From Gammaproteobacteria bacterium (GTDB taxonomy: Bacteria; Pseudomonadota; Gammaproteobacteria; Eutrophobiales; Eutrophobiaceae), in contig OZ244905.1 of NCBI GenBank assembly GCA_965221695.1, positions 800,001 to 864,000 of the forward strand: a stretch of DNA of 64,000 bases. Direction: 5' to 3'. The translations under genes were made by a program, and so were the position numbers. Of the stretch, positions 1 through 8,498 are shown one piece after another; the first letter of the stretch is position 1; each line of letters starts with the position of its first letter. The notes under the pieces were generated by a model that did not search any database, was not told where the DNA came from, and saw only the letters and a program-made list of their open reading frames with translations.

Positions 1-408
1 AACCCGGTCAATGACAGCATTCATCTCCGCTTCTGAAAGCATTTTGAGCTTGTCCGCCATAACCAGCGGCCATTGCAACGCGCCGCAACTCGGGTGCACC
101 TTGATGTCAATGTGTTTCATCCACAGACGCATCTGCGCGCTATGGTAGGGATTGTCCGGACGCATATCCGGTTCAGGAAACTTGTCCTGCAGGTACTCGC
201 AGATGATGGAGGATTCGATTACCGACCTGCCATCGTCGACCAGGGTCGGCACCACGCCCAACGGGTTCAGCTTGAGATAGTCCGGCGCAAGATTTTCCTT
301 CTCCGCCAGTTCCACGTGACGCTTTTCCCAATCCAGGTCTTTTTCTGCCAGTACGATGCGCACCTTCTGCGAACAGGGCGACATGGGATGAGTGTATAAT
401 TCAAGCAT
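1..408 (-). CDS. Glutathione S-transferase family protein (partial; runs off the window start)
   Basis: Manual translation from ATG at 408: MLELYTHPMSPCSQKVRIVLAEKDLDW...YLKLNPLGVVPTLVDDGRSVIESSIICEYL, with the GST N-domain motifs NP.G.VP.L and ES..I.EYL. Not in the ORF track. Confidence 0.9.
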   Translation of the reverse strand, partial: MLELYTHPMSPCSQKVRIVLAEKDLDWEKRHVELAEKENLAPDYLKLNPLGVVPTLVDDGRSVIESSIICEYLQDKFPEPDMRPDNPYHSAQMRLWMKHIDIKVHPSCGALQWPLVMADKLKMLSEAEMNAVIDRV

Positions 409-543
409 TATGGGTTCGCCTCATCGTTATCGTCATCGTTAATTCCTGCGGCCCGCGCGTATGTTCTTCGGGCTTATGTTCTTGGCGCTTGTGCTGCCAG
501 TGGATTGCATCTGATATTATGGATATAATTTATTTTATCGTTG

Positions 544-584
544 TTGTCAAATAATATCGATATTTTTTCGTTTTGTCGATATTT
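544..584. promoter_or_regulatory. Divergent promoter region with probable GntR operator(s)
   Basis: TTGTCAA at 544-550, perfect palindrome AATATCGATATT at 553-564 and a degenerate copy TTGTCGATATTT at 573-584, in the AT-rich gap between GST and GntR. Confidence 0.45.
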
Positions 585-693
585 TTTTATAGCATATTGT
601 TTTACTGTAACGCCAGTTGAGCATGAACTTATTCAAAAAACCTCACAGACCCCGCTTTTCACCCTTCACAACAGCCTTGCCGGGTAATTGACG

Positions 694-1368
694 ATGCGCG
701 CCAAAACGCTGGTTGAAGCGTCTTATGACCGGATCCGTTCCGATATTATCGCGGGGAAACTGGCGCCGGGTTCCAAGCTGCGCATTGAGGAGTTGCGGGA
801 AGACTATAACATCGGCGCAAGCCCGTTACGCGAGGCCCTGAACCGGCTGGCCGGCGAAGGCTTTGTCACCGCGGAAAGGCAGCGAGGGTTCAAGGTTGCG
901 CCGGTTTCTACAGAGGACCTGAAAGACCTGAGTCGCATGCGGGTGATGCTGGAATGCCAGGCGTTGCGCGACAGTATCAGGAACGGCGATGATGAATGGG
1001 AGGTAAACCTGGTCGCATCCCACCACCGCCTGCAAAAGGCGGAACAGCATTACGGTAAGAACCTGGCGGAATGGGAACAACGCAACGATGAATTCCACGA
1101 AGCCCTGGTGGCGGCCTGCGGCTCAACATGGTTACTGCGCTTGCGCCACCTGCTCTACGAACAGCATAAGCGCTACCGTTTCATCGCGATACTGTCCCAA
1201 CAGGAAGGGCGGGATGTTCACCAGGAACATCGCGAGATACTGGAAGCGACTCTGGCGCGTGACATCAACGCGGCCTGCAAAGCCACGCAACAACATATAC
1301 AGCAGACGTTGGACACCAGCATCCGGGTATTCACTGAGCTGGAAAAAAACAGCCCCCTCTCCGTATAA
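694..1368 (+). CDS. GntR-family (FadR/FCD) transcriptional regulator
   Basis: N-terminal wHTH (IIAGKLAPGSKL...GASPLREALNRL), C-terminal FCD (FHEALV...EHREILEA). ATG 694 preferred over TTG 688. Confidence 0.9.
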   Translation: MRAKTLVEASYDRIRSDIIAGKLAPGSKLRIEELREDYNIGASPLREALNRLAGEGFVTAERQRGFKVAPVSTEDLKDLSRMRVMLECQALRDSIRNGDDEWEVNLVASHHRLQKAEQHYGKNLAEWEQRNDEFHEALVAACGSTWLLRLRHLLYEQHKRYRFIAILSQQEGRDVHQEHREILEATLARDINAACKATQQHIQQTLDTSIRVFTELEKNSPLSV

Positions 1369-1388
1369 CTGCCCGGGGTAGTACCGTC

Positions 1389-3683
1389 TTGAACAATACG
1401 TTTCTCCGTTCAATCCCGGCGGCCATCATAGCTGTGTTGACAACATTTGCCGGCCTGGCCCAGGAAACTGCGCCATTGCTGGAAGAGATCATCGTGACCG
1501 CCGAAAAACGCGCCGAAAGCCTGCAGGACTTGTCCCAGGCCGTGACCGCGCTGTCGGGCGAGGCACTGGACAACCGCAATATCACCAGCTTTGTGGACCT
1601 CAGCGGCATAGCCCCGGGCGTTACCGTCGCCAAGAACGAAGGGGTAAGAACCGTCATCTCCATACGCGGCGTGGGCAACGAGGCCAACCAGAACTCGATA
1701 GCCAACCCTTCCGTGTCCTACCACCTGGACGGAATCTACGTGGCATCGCCGTTTGCCCTGCGCACCGACTTCCTGGACCTGGAACGTATTGAAGTGTTGC
1801 GCGGCCCCCAGGGCACCCTGTTCGGCCAGAACTCCACGGGCGGTGCGATCAATGTGATTACGCAGGCGCCGGATACAGGGGAATTCTTCGGCAAGGCCGA
1901 TATCACAGTGGGGAACTACAGCCTGACGCGGGTGCGCGGTTCGGTCAACATCCCCATCAGCGATACCACGGCCTTGCGCGCCTCGGTCGCTACCCACAAC
2001 CATGACGGCTTCAGCAAGAACATCTTGCTGGACCAGGAACTGGATCAGGCCGACAACTTTTCCGGCCGCACCCGCCTGCTCTGGGCGCCGGCTGAAAACC
2101 TGCGCTTCAACTTCACTGCGCAGTATTTTGACGAAAACACCAACGGCGCGGCACAGAAAGGTATTTTCGACTCCACCCCGAACCCGCGCCGTCTGACCCA
2201 GGACCGGCACAGCAGTTACCAACTGGAGAGCCAGCTCTACAGTCTGGTCGCTGAATGGGAACTGCCCGCGTTCACGGTCAAGTCGCTGACCAGCTACCAG
2301 GACGATGAGGTCTCCGCGTCACGGGACAACGACCGTCATGATTTTTCCACGCTGATTAACCGCGGGACCTTCCTGTTGCCAGCCAGCGTTGATCCGGAGG
2401 CTGTCGGCCAGAAGACCATCACACAGGAGCTCAACCTTATCTCCTACGAACCGCTGTTCGGCCGACTCGATTGGGTGGTCGGGATGTTCTACCTGGATAC
2501 CGATGTGGACATCCTGTTTCGAGAATATATCGACTTTAATACCGACGGCGTTTATGGTCCCGACAAGGTCAGTGTGGAGGAGGTGCTGAACTTCGGGGGA
2601 GAAGTCGGCTTCATCTCTGATTCAAATCCGCAGCGGGAATCGATCTCCGTCTATGGCCAGGGCGCGTACAATCTTACCGACAGTCTGCGCCTGGTCGCCG
2701 GGCTGCGTTATACGGAAGATCAGGTTAACTCCAAGGTCACCAATTTCTTCGGCCGCGCCGGCACCGCTGTTCTTGAAACCCGGAGCGAGAAGCTTACCGG
2801 CCGCGGCGTGGTGGAAATCGATCTCAACATTAACGCGATGGCATATGCGTCATACACCCGCGGTTTCAAACCGGGCGGCAGCAACCTGACCTACGGCCGG
2901 GAGGATGTGGTGGCTCCCATCCTGGTGCTGCCCACCTACAAGGATGAGACGGTACAGGCCTGGGAAGTCGGCCTCAAGACCGACTTTGCCGGCAACCGGG
3001 TGCGGGTCAACGCCGCGGCGTTCTACTACGACTACGAAAACCTGCAATTCCAGGCGACCGACCCCGAAGTGTTCGAGGGTGGGGTCGGCAACCTGCCGGG
3101 ATCGGAAATCTACGGCGCCGAGATGGAACTGCTGGCGTTCGTCACAGACAGCCTGACCCTGGATGCGCGCCTGTCCTGGCTGGAAACGAAGATCTCCGAA
3201 TCACACCTGGCGCTGGACAACGTGCGCTCCGATGACGCCACCAACGCGCTCTTGCCCCAGTGCCAGTTCAACCTGTTCTGCGACGACATCCAGCGCGCCC
3301 GCGCCGCGGCGGTGACGGACGTAAAAGGCAACCAACTCGCCAAGACGCCCAATTTCACCGCGGACGTGATGCTGCGCTACCTGACTCGCCTGGGCAATTG
3401 GAGCGATTTCGAGACCAGCGTGCAATACCTCTACCGGGGCGGCTTCCAGCACCGCATCTTCAACAACCCGAAAACCGATGATGTGCCCAGCTACCATATC
3501 GTCAACCTGGTATTGACGATTGCGCCGGACGCGTACCCCTGGCACATCGACCTGATGGGAATGAACCTGACTGACGAAGATGGTATTAACGCCCGCTTCA
3601 CCGATGTCTTCGGCGTCGGCTCCACCAGCGACGAACTGATCCCACCCCGGCAATACATGGTACGCTTCGGCATGGAGTTCTGA
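1389..3683 (+). CDS. TonB-dependent receptor
   Basis: Signal peptide, TonB box LEEIIVTAEKR, plug motif IEVLRGPQGTLFGQN, C-terminal aromatic residue (MEF). Confidence 0.95.
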   Translation: MNNTFLRSIPAAIIAVLTTFAGLAQETAPLLEEIIVTAEKRAESLQDLSQAVTALSGEALDNRNITSFVDLSGIAPGVTVAKNEGVRTVISIRGVGNEANQNSIANPSVSYHLDGIYVASPFALRTDFLDLERIEVLRGPQGTLFGQNSTGGAINVITQAPDTGEFFGKADITVGNYSLTRVRGSVNIPISDTTALRASVATHNHDGFSKNILLDQELDQADNFSGRTRLLWAPAENLRFNFTAQYFDENTNGAAQKGIFDSTPNPRRLTQDRHSSYQLESQLYSLVAEWELPAFTVKSLTSYQDDEVSASRDNDRHDFSTLINRGTFLLPASVDPEAVGQKTITQELNLISYEPLFGRLDWVVGMFYLDTDVDILFREYIDFNTDGVYGPDKVSVEEVLNFGGEVGFISDSNPQRESISVYGQGAYNLTDSLRLVAGLRYTEDQVNSKVTNFFGRAGTAVLETRSEKLTGRGVVEIDLNINAMAYASYTRGFKPGGSNLTYGREDVVAPILVLPTYKDETVQAWEVGLKTDFAGNRVRVNAAAFYYDYENLQFQATDPEVFEGGVGNLPGSEIYGAEMELLAFVTDSLTLDARLSWLETKISESHLALDNVRSDDATNALLPQCQFNLFCDDIQRARAAAVTDVKGNQLAKTPNFTADVMLRYLTRLGNWSDFETSVQYLYRGGFQHRIFNNPKTDDVPSYHIVNLVLTIAPDAYPWHIDLMGMNLTDEDGINARFTDVFGVGSTSDELIPPRQYMVRFGMEF

Positions 3684-3697
3684 CGGGAATGGTTCCG

Positions 3698-6004
3698 TCA
3701 TTTTCCATCTGCATCTCTCAACACCGTCGTTTCATAGCGAACTCCATCCGGTATCGGCACCGCCTGGTGCACGGTCACACCGTACTCCCCCTCGGTGGGT
3801 TTGGATGAATCCACGGCTACGAACGATGTGTAACTGGACACAAGCTGGTATTGCAGTGCAACCCGCCTGATGGCGTCACGCAACTCCCCATGGGGGTCTC
3901 CCACAGTCGACTGCCGATCCGATAGCTCGGCGATATTGGTACGCGCCCAGACCTTGGCGAGAGACGGACCGGCATTGCTTGCGCCAGTAGCATCCAGCGC
4001 AAAAGCACGGCGCGTGCCGTCAACCGTCCCGGATACGGTCACCGTTGTGGGTTCGTCCCGGAACTTTCCTGCAACAACCAGTGGTCGTCCTACAAACAGG
4101 TCGGGGAGGTGGCCGGGATAGGTATTGGATACGGCCATGTTACCCCAATCAATTTCAATGTCGGTGAGCGCCGCGCGGCTTACGCGCTTGAAAAATTCCT
4201 CCATCACCTGTTCCGCCGGATCATTCAGTCCCAAGTAGGCGACGGCGCCGCGCCCGACTTTAGCCATTCGTTCCATAAGATAGCGGTTGACGGATTCTCC
4301 AACACCAAAACTGAAAATGCGGGCATTGCTGATACGCTTGTACACCTCGGCCAAAATCTCTGCTTCATTACCGATATAACCATCCGTTAGAAACGAGACA
4401 AACCGGAACCGCGACGGGTTGTGAGGAAAATCCAGGGCTGCCCTGATCCCCTCGATCATCATCGTGCCGCCCTGGCTGTCCAGTTTCGCAAGATATCGAC
4501 GGGCAGCCGCCAGGTTTTTCTCCGTCGCGGCGACAGGCTCCCGGCCAAATTGGGAGGCATTATCCGAAAAACGGATGATCTGGAACGTATCGGTCGGGTG
4601 AAGCAGTCCCAATGCCGTATCGATAGCCTGTTTGGCCTGAGCCAGTGGACGGCCGCTCATCGAACCGGAACAGTCGATGACGAACACCATCTCCATCGGT
4701 CGGCGAGAAACCCGCAAAGTATCTATCGGTGGGATCATCATCAGTGAAAAGAACCCTTCTCCCGTCTCCGGGTCTTGGTAGGTCATCAGGCTGGATTTGA
4801 CGGCCTCTCCGGCGATGCGATAATCGAGCACGAAATCCCGATTGGGAAGAGTAGTCTGTTGCGCCAGTTGTACGGTCGCAGACGCAGACCCGTCCCGATT
4901 GACATTGATCTCATGGGTCGATTTCAGCTCTTCGATGTGCACGCCGGCGTCGATGCGCACGCTGATACCCAGGTCATGACCTGATCGCTCCGAAGGCGTA
5001 AGGTATTCAACACCTATTGCACCCGGCGTTGCCGTGCGGCCACCGCGCGGGAGCGCCACTACCGGGTCGTGGCTTTTGGGCGGGTTGAAGCGCGGACCGA
5101 CCACCGTGGGAAATACGAAAGAGTACCACCCATCCTTGTACGCGAGGGTGTGAAAGTAGGTGATGTCGACATCGATTGCCTTACCGGGCTCAATGTTGGC
5201 GACTTTCTGCTCGAATATGTTCGGACGATGCTGGACCAACAGACTTGCATGGTAGCCCTGCTCCCGCGCCGCGTGATAGATGGCCTCAGCTTCTTCCTTC
5301 TCCCGCAAGATGCCACGAATGGTGCGCTCCCCGATGACCATCAGGAATTCTGAGACCGCGGCTTTCTCCGGCAGTGGAAACACATAGACGGCCTCGATCT
5401 TTGTATCAAACGGGTTGGCAAACTGCTGTTTAACCCGAACTGTGCTGATGTGGCCGGCAATAGATGCGTCTACGTCCGTGTGTTGCAACGGCAGCGGCAC
5501 CTCTGCTGTTTCTCCGGCTTTATCTTGGGGTGGAACGTTCGCAATCAGACTTCCGGAACCGGGAACCTGTGTGCCTTCACCGACTGAAGGAGTGGAAGCC
5601 GCATAATCGGTAATTTCTTCAGAAGATGACGCCTTGGCGATGATCCAGATTTCCTCTGAAAAGGATTTTGACACCGCGCCCGGAGAAGCCAGGACGCCTT
5701 CCTGGGCTGGCACATCAAGTGGCAAGCCACTAACGTTACCCAGCCTTTCCCGAAAAACCTGGTAAGACTGCGTTTGTGACAGTGGCGCTGTGTCCAAGTG
5801 CGGGTAGACGGCTGGTTCCCCAGGTATCGGCAAGCCACCTGCTCCTTCCATTGTCTTCTCCGGAGGCGCGGACTGGGAAGTCTGCCCCTGAGGTGGTGGT
5901 GAAGCGGGCATCGGTGGTGGGCTGGAGCACGATGCCAGCAACTTGATGCCGATCATCATCAGCAAAATTATCATGCAGGATACAAATTGGAACTGTCTAT
6001 TCAT
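3698..6004 (-). CDS. VIT (vault/inter-alpha-trypsin inhibitor) plus von Willebrand A domain lipoprotein
   Basis: Lipobox-like LLASC; VIT motif QQFANPFDTKIEAVYVFPLP; vWA MIDAS VIDCSGSM...FLTDG; C-terminal LVSSYTSFVAVD typical of this family. Confidence 0.9.
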   Translation of the reverse strand: MNRQFQFVSCMIILLMMIGIKLLASCSSPPPMPASPPPQGQTSQSAPPEKTMEGAGGLPIPGEPAVYPHLDTAPLSQTQSYQVFRERLGNVSGLPLDVPAQEGVLASPGAVSKSFSEEIWIIAKASSSEEITDYAASTPSVGEGTQVPGSGSLIANVPPQDKAGETAEVPLPLQHTDVDASIAGHISTVRVKQQFANPFDTKIEAVYVFPLPEKAAVSEFLMVIGERTIRGILREKEEAEAIYHAAREQGYHASLLVQHRPNIFEQKVANIEPGKAIDVDITYFHTLAYKDGWYSFVFPTVVGPRFNPPKSHDPVVALPRGGRTATPGAIGVEYLTPSERSGHDLGISVRIDAGVHIEELKSTHEINVNRDGSASATVQLAQQTTLPNRDFVLDYRIAGEAVKSSLMTYQDPETGEGFFSLMMIPPIDTLRVSRRPMEMVFVIDCSGSMSGRPLAQAKQAIDTALGLLHPTDTFQIIRFSDNASQFGREPVAATEKNLAAARRYLAKLDSQGGTMMIEGIRAALDFPHNPSRFRFVSFLTDGYIGNEAEILAEVYKRISNARIFSFGVGESVNRYLMERMAKVGRGAVAYLGLNDPAEQVMEEFFKRVSRAALTDIEIDWGNMAVSNTYPGHLPDLFVGRPLVVAGKFRDEPTTVTVSGTVDGTRRAFALDATGASNAGPSLAKVWARTNIAELSDRQSTVGDPHGELRDAIRRVALQYQLVSSYTSFVAVDSSKPTEGEYGVTVHQAVPIPDGVRYETTVLRDADGK

Positions 6005-6462
6005 TGCGACCTCTCCTGTAGGTAGTCGTCAGGTTCTGTTAAAGAAATCTTCGCATTGATTACACGCCCTTCTCGTGTGGTAGCCACAATCAGGCGCAAT
6101 TCGAAATCGGGTTCTCCTTCCAGCATCAGGTGTAGCCTGGCGAGACGAACGCGACCACTTGGCAATGTGCTTTCATCGGCCAGCGAGTAATCGGCAACGA
6201 CTATCCGGTCAGCATTACCACCGGCGACAGGTTCCCGGTCATAGTACGGCGCCCGCTGAAAAGCAGGGTGACCGCCGTTCTCGACACCCACCACTTTCAT
6301 CGCGCCGTTGCGGTCTTTGAGTTCGAACTGCCAGGCGGCCACGGTAGTCGGGCTGTCCAAGTAGATGTCCAGCGACGCAAAACGCGTGCTTGACCTGCTG
6401 TCCGCACAGACGAAACCCGTAAGCAAGATGAGAAAGGCTGCTACGAAGAGCCGACTGTTCAT
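6001..6462 (-). CDS. Secreted protein with a cohesin-like beta-sandwich
   Basis: Signal peptide, then a pattern matching cohesin strands (LDIYLDS..VAAWQFEL..VVGVENG..IVVADY..GRVRLARLHL). ATGA overlaps with both neighbours. The fold call is inference. Confidence 0.55.
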   Translation of the reverse strand: MNSRLFVAAFLILLTGFVCADSRSSTRFASLDIYLDSPTTVAAWQFELKDRNGAMKVVGVENGGHPAFQRAPYYDREPVAGGNADRIVVADYSLADESTLPSGRVRLARLHLMLEGEPDFELRLIVATTREGRVINAKISLTEPDDYLQERSQ

Positions 6463-6854
6463 AGCATGCCGTCCCGGTCCAAAGCCACCAGGCGATAAGC
6501 GAAAGCATCCAGGTCAGCTTGGGTAACATCCTGGTCCGCGCGAGCCAGGGCCAGGACATCGGCAATATCGATCCGGCCGGAGCCGTCAAAATCTGCGTAA
6601 ATCGGAATGTCGTCTTGTTGAGTAAGCTGTATTGTCATAAACAGGGCAACCACGAGCACACAGGCCGCAGCTACGCGCCAGGCGCCCAGTGGTTGCCAAA
6701 GAGGGATACGGCGTGGTGCGAACTGGGCGTGCGTCATGCCGGCCAGCCTGCGGTCGACCCGGGAGGTGATAATATCGGGTGCCGCGTCGATGCGCTTCAG
6801 CTCATCGATCAGGGCTTCGGGCAGTTGCTCGTTTTGTTCGTTTACGCCAGTCAT
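6459..6854 (-). CDS. Putative single-pass anti-sigma factor with a C-terminal dockerin/EF-hand-like motif
   Basis: Directly downstream of the ECF sigma; short cytoplasmic N-terminus, TM helix VAAACVLVVALFMTI, then ADFDGSGRIDIADVLALAR matching the dockerin-I Ca2+-loop consensus. Confidence 0.7.
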   Translation of the reverse strand: MTGVNEQNEQLPEALIDELKRIDAAPDIITSRVDRRLAGMTHAQFAPRRIPLWQPLGAWRVAAACVLVVALFMTIQLTQQDDIPIYADFDGSGRIDIADVLALARADQDVTQADLDAFAYRLVALDRDGML

Positions 6855-6874
6855 GTCATGAGTTCCCTGTCCAT

Positions 6875-6902
6875 ATAACGCACTACATGGAAAAAAGGTT
6901 CA
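6875..6902 (-). promoter_or_regulatory. Putative ECF sigma-dependent promoter
   Basis: Minus strand TGAACC-N16-CGTTAT overlapping the sigma stop codon, about 20 nt upstream of the anti-sigma ATG. Confidence 0.6.
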
Positions 6903-7475
6903 TTCGACTGAAAAATAATCCGCAAGCAGAGGAGAATCCCTGAGAATTGCGATGCCCCCGTGCAGTCGGGACTTCACGGTACCCACAGGGATGCCCAGGA
7001 CTTGTGCGATCTCATCCAGCGACATCCCGTCCACGAATCGAAGCATCAGGGTCTCCCGTTGGCCGAGCGGCAGATTCGCAAGCAACTTGCCGAGGTCTCT
7101 GTTGTCTCTATCCTGGGGGGCGGGCATATCTTCGGGCGTTATATCATCGGCAATCGGGAACCGTCCTGCCTTGCGCGTTGCTGAAATTGCCGCGTTTTTT
7201 GCTATGGGATAGAGCAGCGTCGTCAGCTTGGCTGTCAGTATTATCCCTTCACCGGCAGGCGGAAAACGACGTAGCAGTTGGACAAAGGTATCTTGGAGCA
7301 CATCCAGTGCGACATCGATATCAGGAGTAAAGCGTAGCGCTACGCGCAACACGTAATCCTTGTGGCGCAGATACAGGGCTTCAAACGCGGCCGCCGCTGC
7401 GACTGCATCACCATGGTTGCAAACGTCCACCAGCGTTTCGTCGTTACGAGGGTCTTGCCGATGGCTCCGGACCAT
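6900..7475 (-). CDS. ECF sigma-70 family RNA polymerase sigma factor
   Basis: Region 2 (AFEALYLRH...DVLQDTF) and region 4 (LPLGQRETLMLRFVDGMSLDEIAQVLGIPVGTVKSRL). ATG 7475 preferred over TTG 7484. Confidence 0.93.
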   Translation of the reverse strand: MVRSHRQDPRNDETLVDVCNHGDAVAAAAAFEALYLRHKDYVLRVALRFTPDIDVALDVLQDTFVQLLRRFPPAGEGIILTAKLTTLLYPIAKNAAISATRKAGRFPIADDITPEDMPAPQDRDNRDLGKLLANLPLGQRETLMLRFVDGMSLDEIAQVLGIPVGTVKSRLHGGIAILRDSPLLADYFSVE

Positions 7476-7599
7476 GATGTGCAATCACTCAAGAGTTAGC
7501 GCCGGTTAGTCACCGGACGGTAAACCATCCTTATTTGTTGTCCGCCTGCAAAATCGGCAAACCATGCCCGCAGATGTTAGCATTTGATCTGGTTATTAC

Positions 7600-7634
7600 T
7601 GTGCTAATTGAAAATCAAATTTACAATTAGCACA
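7600..7634. repeat. Inverted repeat downstream of hicB (possible terminator or island edge)
   Basis: TGTGCTAATTG (7600-7610) / CAATTAGCACA (7624-7634), perfect 11-bp arms. Confidence 0.45.
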
Positions 7635-7639
7635 TGTTT

Positions 7640-8089
7640 TTAGCTCTCCATTGTCATGGTTTCAGCGGCCCTGTCACCTACAACAAGGCTTCTTCCCACA
7701 GATCGTAAGGCCACTTCAACACTGCTGATATGCGAACGATGATCTGGGTCAACGAGCTTTCGGGCCGCAGCCTCGCTCAGACCAAGACGTTTTGCCAGCG
7801 CTGTCTTGCTAATACCCTGGCGGCGCATGGCCGTATACAGCGCCAATTTTGCAGCTACGACTGGTGAAACCGCAACAAGTTCCTGGCCATCCACCACGGC
7901 GCTCGGTACCGGAATGTCCCAATGCTGCCGAACATACCCTGCCAAAGCGGCTGTTAACGCATCTTCAGCCATTGCCAGCGCTTCGCTCCTGTCCTTACCG
8001 CCGGTAAGCGCCCCCGGCACATCCGGGAAGGTGACATAGAAACCCCCTCCCTCTTCCGGGGATAAAACACATGGATAAACGTAGTACAT
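7640..8089 (-). CDS. hicB: HicB family antitoxin with C-terminal HTH
   Basis: GFYVTFPDVPGALTGG...EALAMAEDAL...IPVPS, followed by an Xre-like HTH (GISKTALAKRLG). Confidence 0.9.
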   Translation of the reverse strand: MYYVYPCVLSPEEGGGFYVTFPDVPGALTGGKDRSEALAMAEDALTAALAGYVRQHWDIPVPSAVVDGQELVAVSPVVAAKLALYTAMRRQGISKTALAKRLGLSEAAARKLVDPDHRSHISSVEVALRSVGRSLVVGDRAAETMTMES

Positions 8090-8295
8090 CAGAATTCCTC
8101 TTTTTCGATATCAAGGTCTTTCAGCATCGCCGCAAGAAGCCCCTTACCGATTTCTTTTCGCGGTACAGTCGTAAACCGGTTGCCAAGATGAAGACGCCCG
8201 TGACTTCCCTTGCCACGTCTGGGGTCATAATGGCATCTCAACCCTTTCTTCCTAGCATAACGCTTGACGCGCCAAATGAATTCCGTTCCGTCCAT
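8089..8295 (-). CDS. hicA: HicA family mRNA interferase toxin
   Basis: Small basic protein with GKGSH motif and TTVP; translationally coupled upstream of hicB. Confidence 0.85.
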   Translation of the reverse strand: MDGTEFIWRVKRYARKKGLRCHYDPRRGKGSHGRLHLGNRFTTVPRKEIGKGLLAAMLKDLDIEKEEF

Positions 8296-8318
8296 GGTAA
8301 TATAATAGTGCTATATAC

Positions 8319-8341
8319 TACGAAAATCGATAGAATTCGTA
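8319..8341. promoter_or_regulatory. Probable HicB operator
   Basis: TACGAA-N11-TTCGTA inverted repeat just upstream of hicA. Confidence 0.4.
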
Positions 8342-8498
8342 CTTTTATATTCGCATAGTGGTGTCGGGTTCATCAAACTCAATTCCGTGAAATAAATTCT
8401 CATACTCACGTTTGTACTAAACATCAAATCGTGCTGTATATTATTCCCCTATCAAAGCGTCCGACAGACTGCAAGTGGTGAAATTGGAGTAAAACCTC

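Noticed and set aside
73-399. 108-aa plus-strand ORF
   Set aside because: It is the antisense shadow of the minus-strand GST gene.
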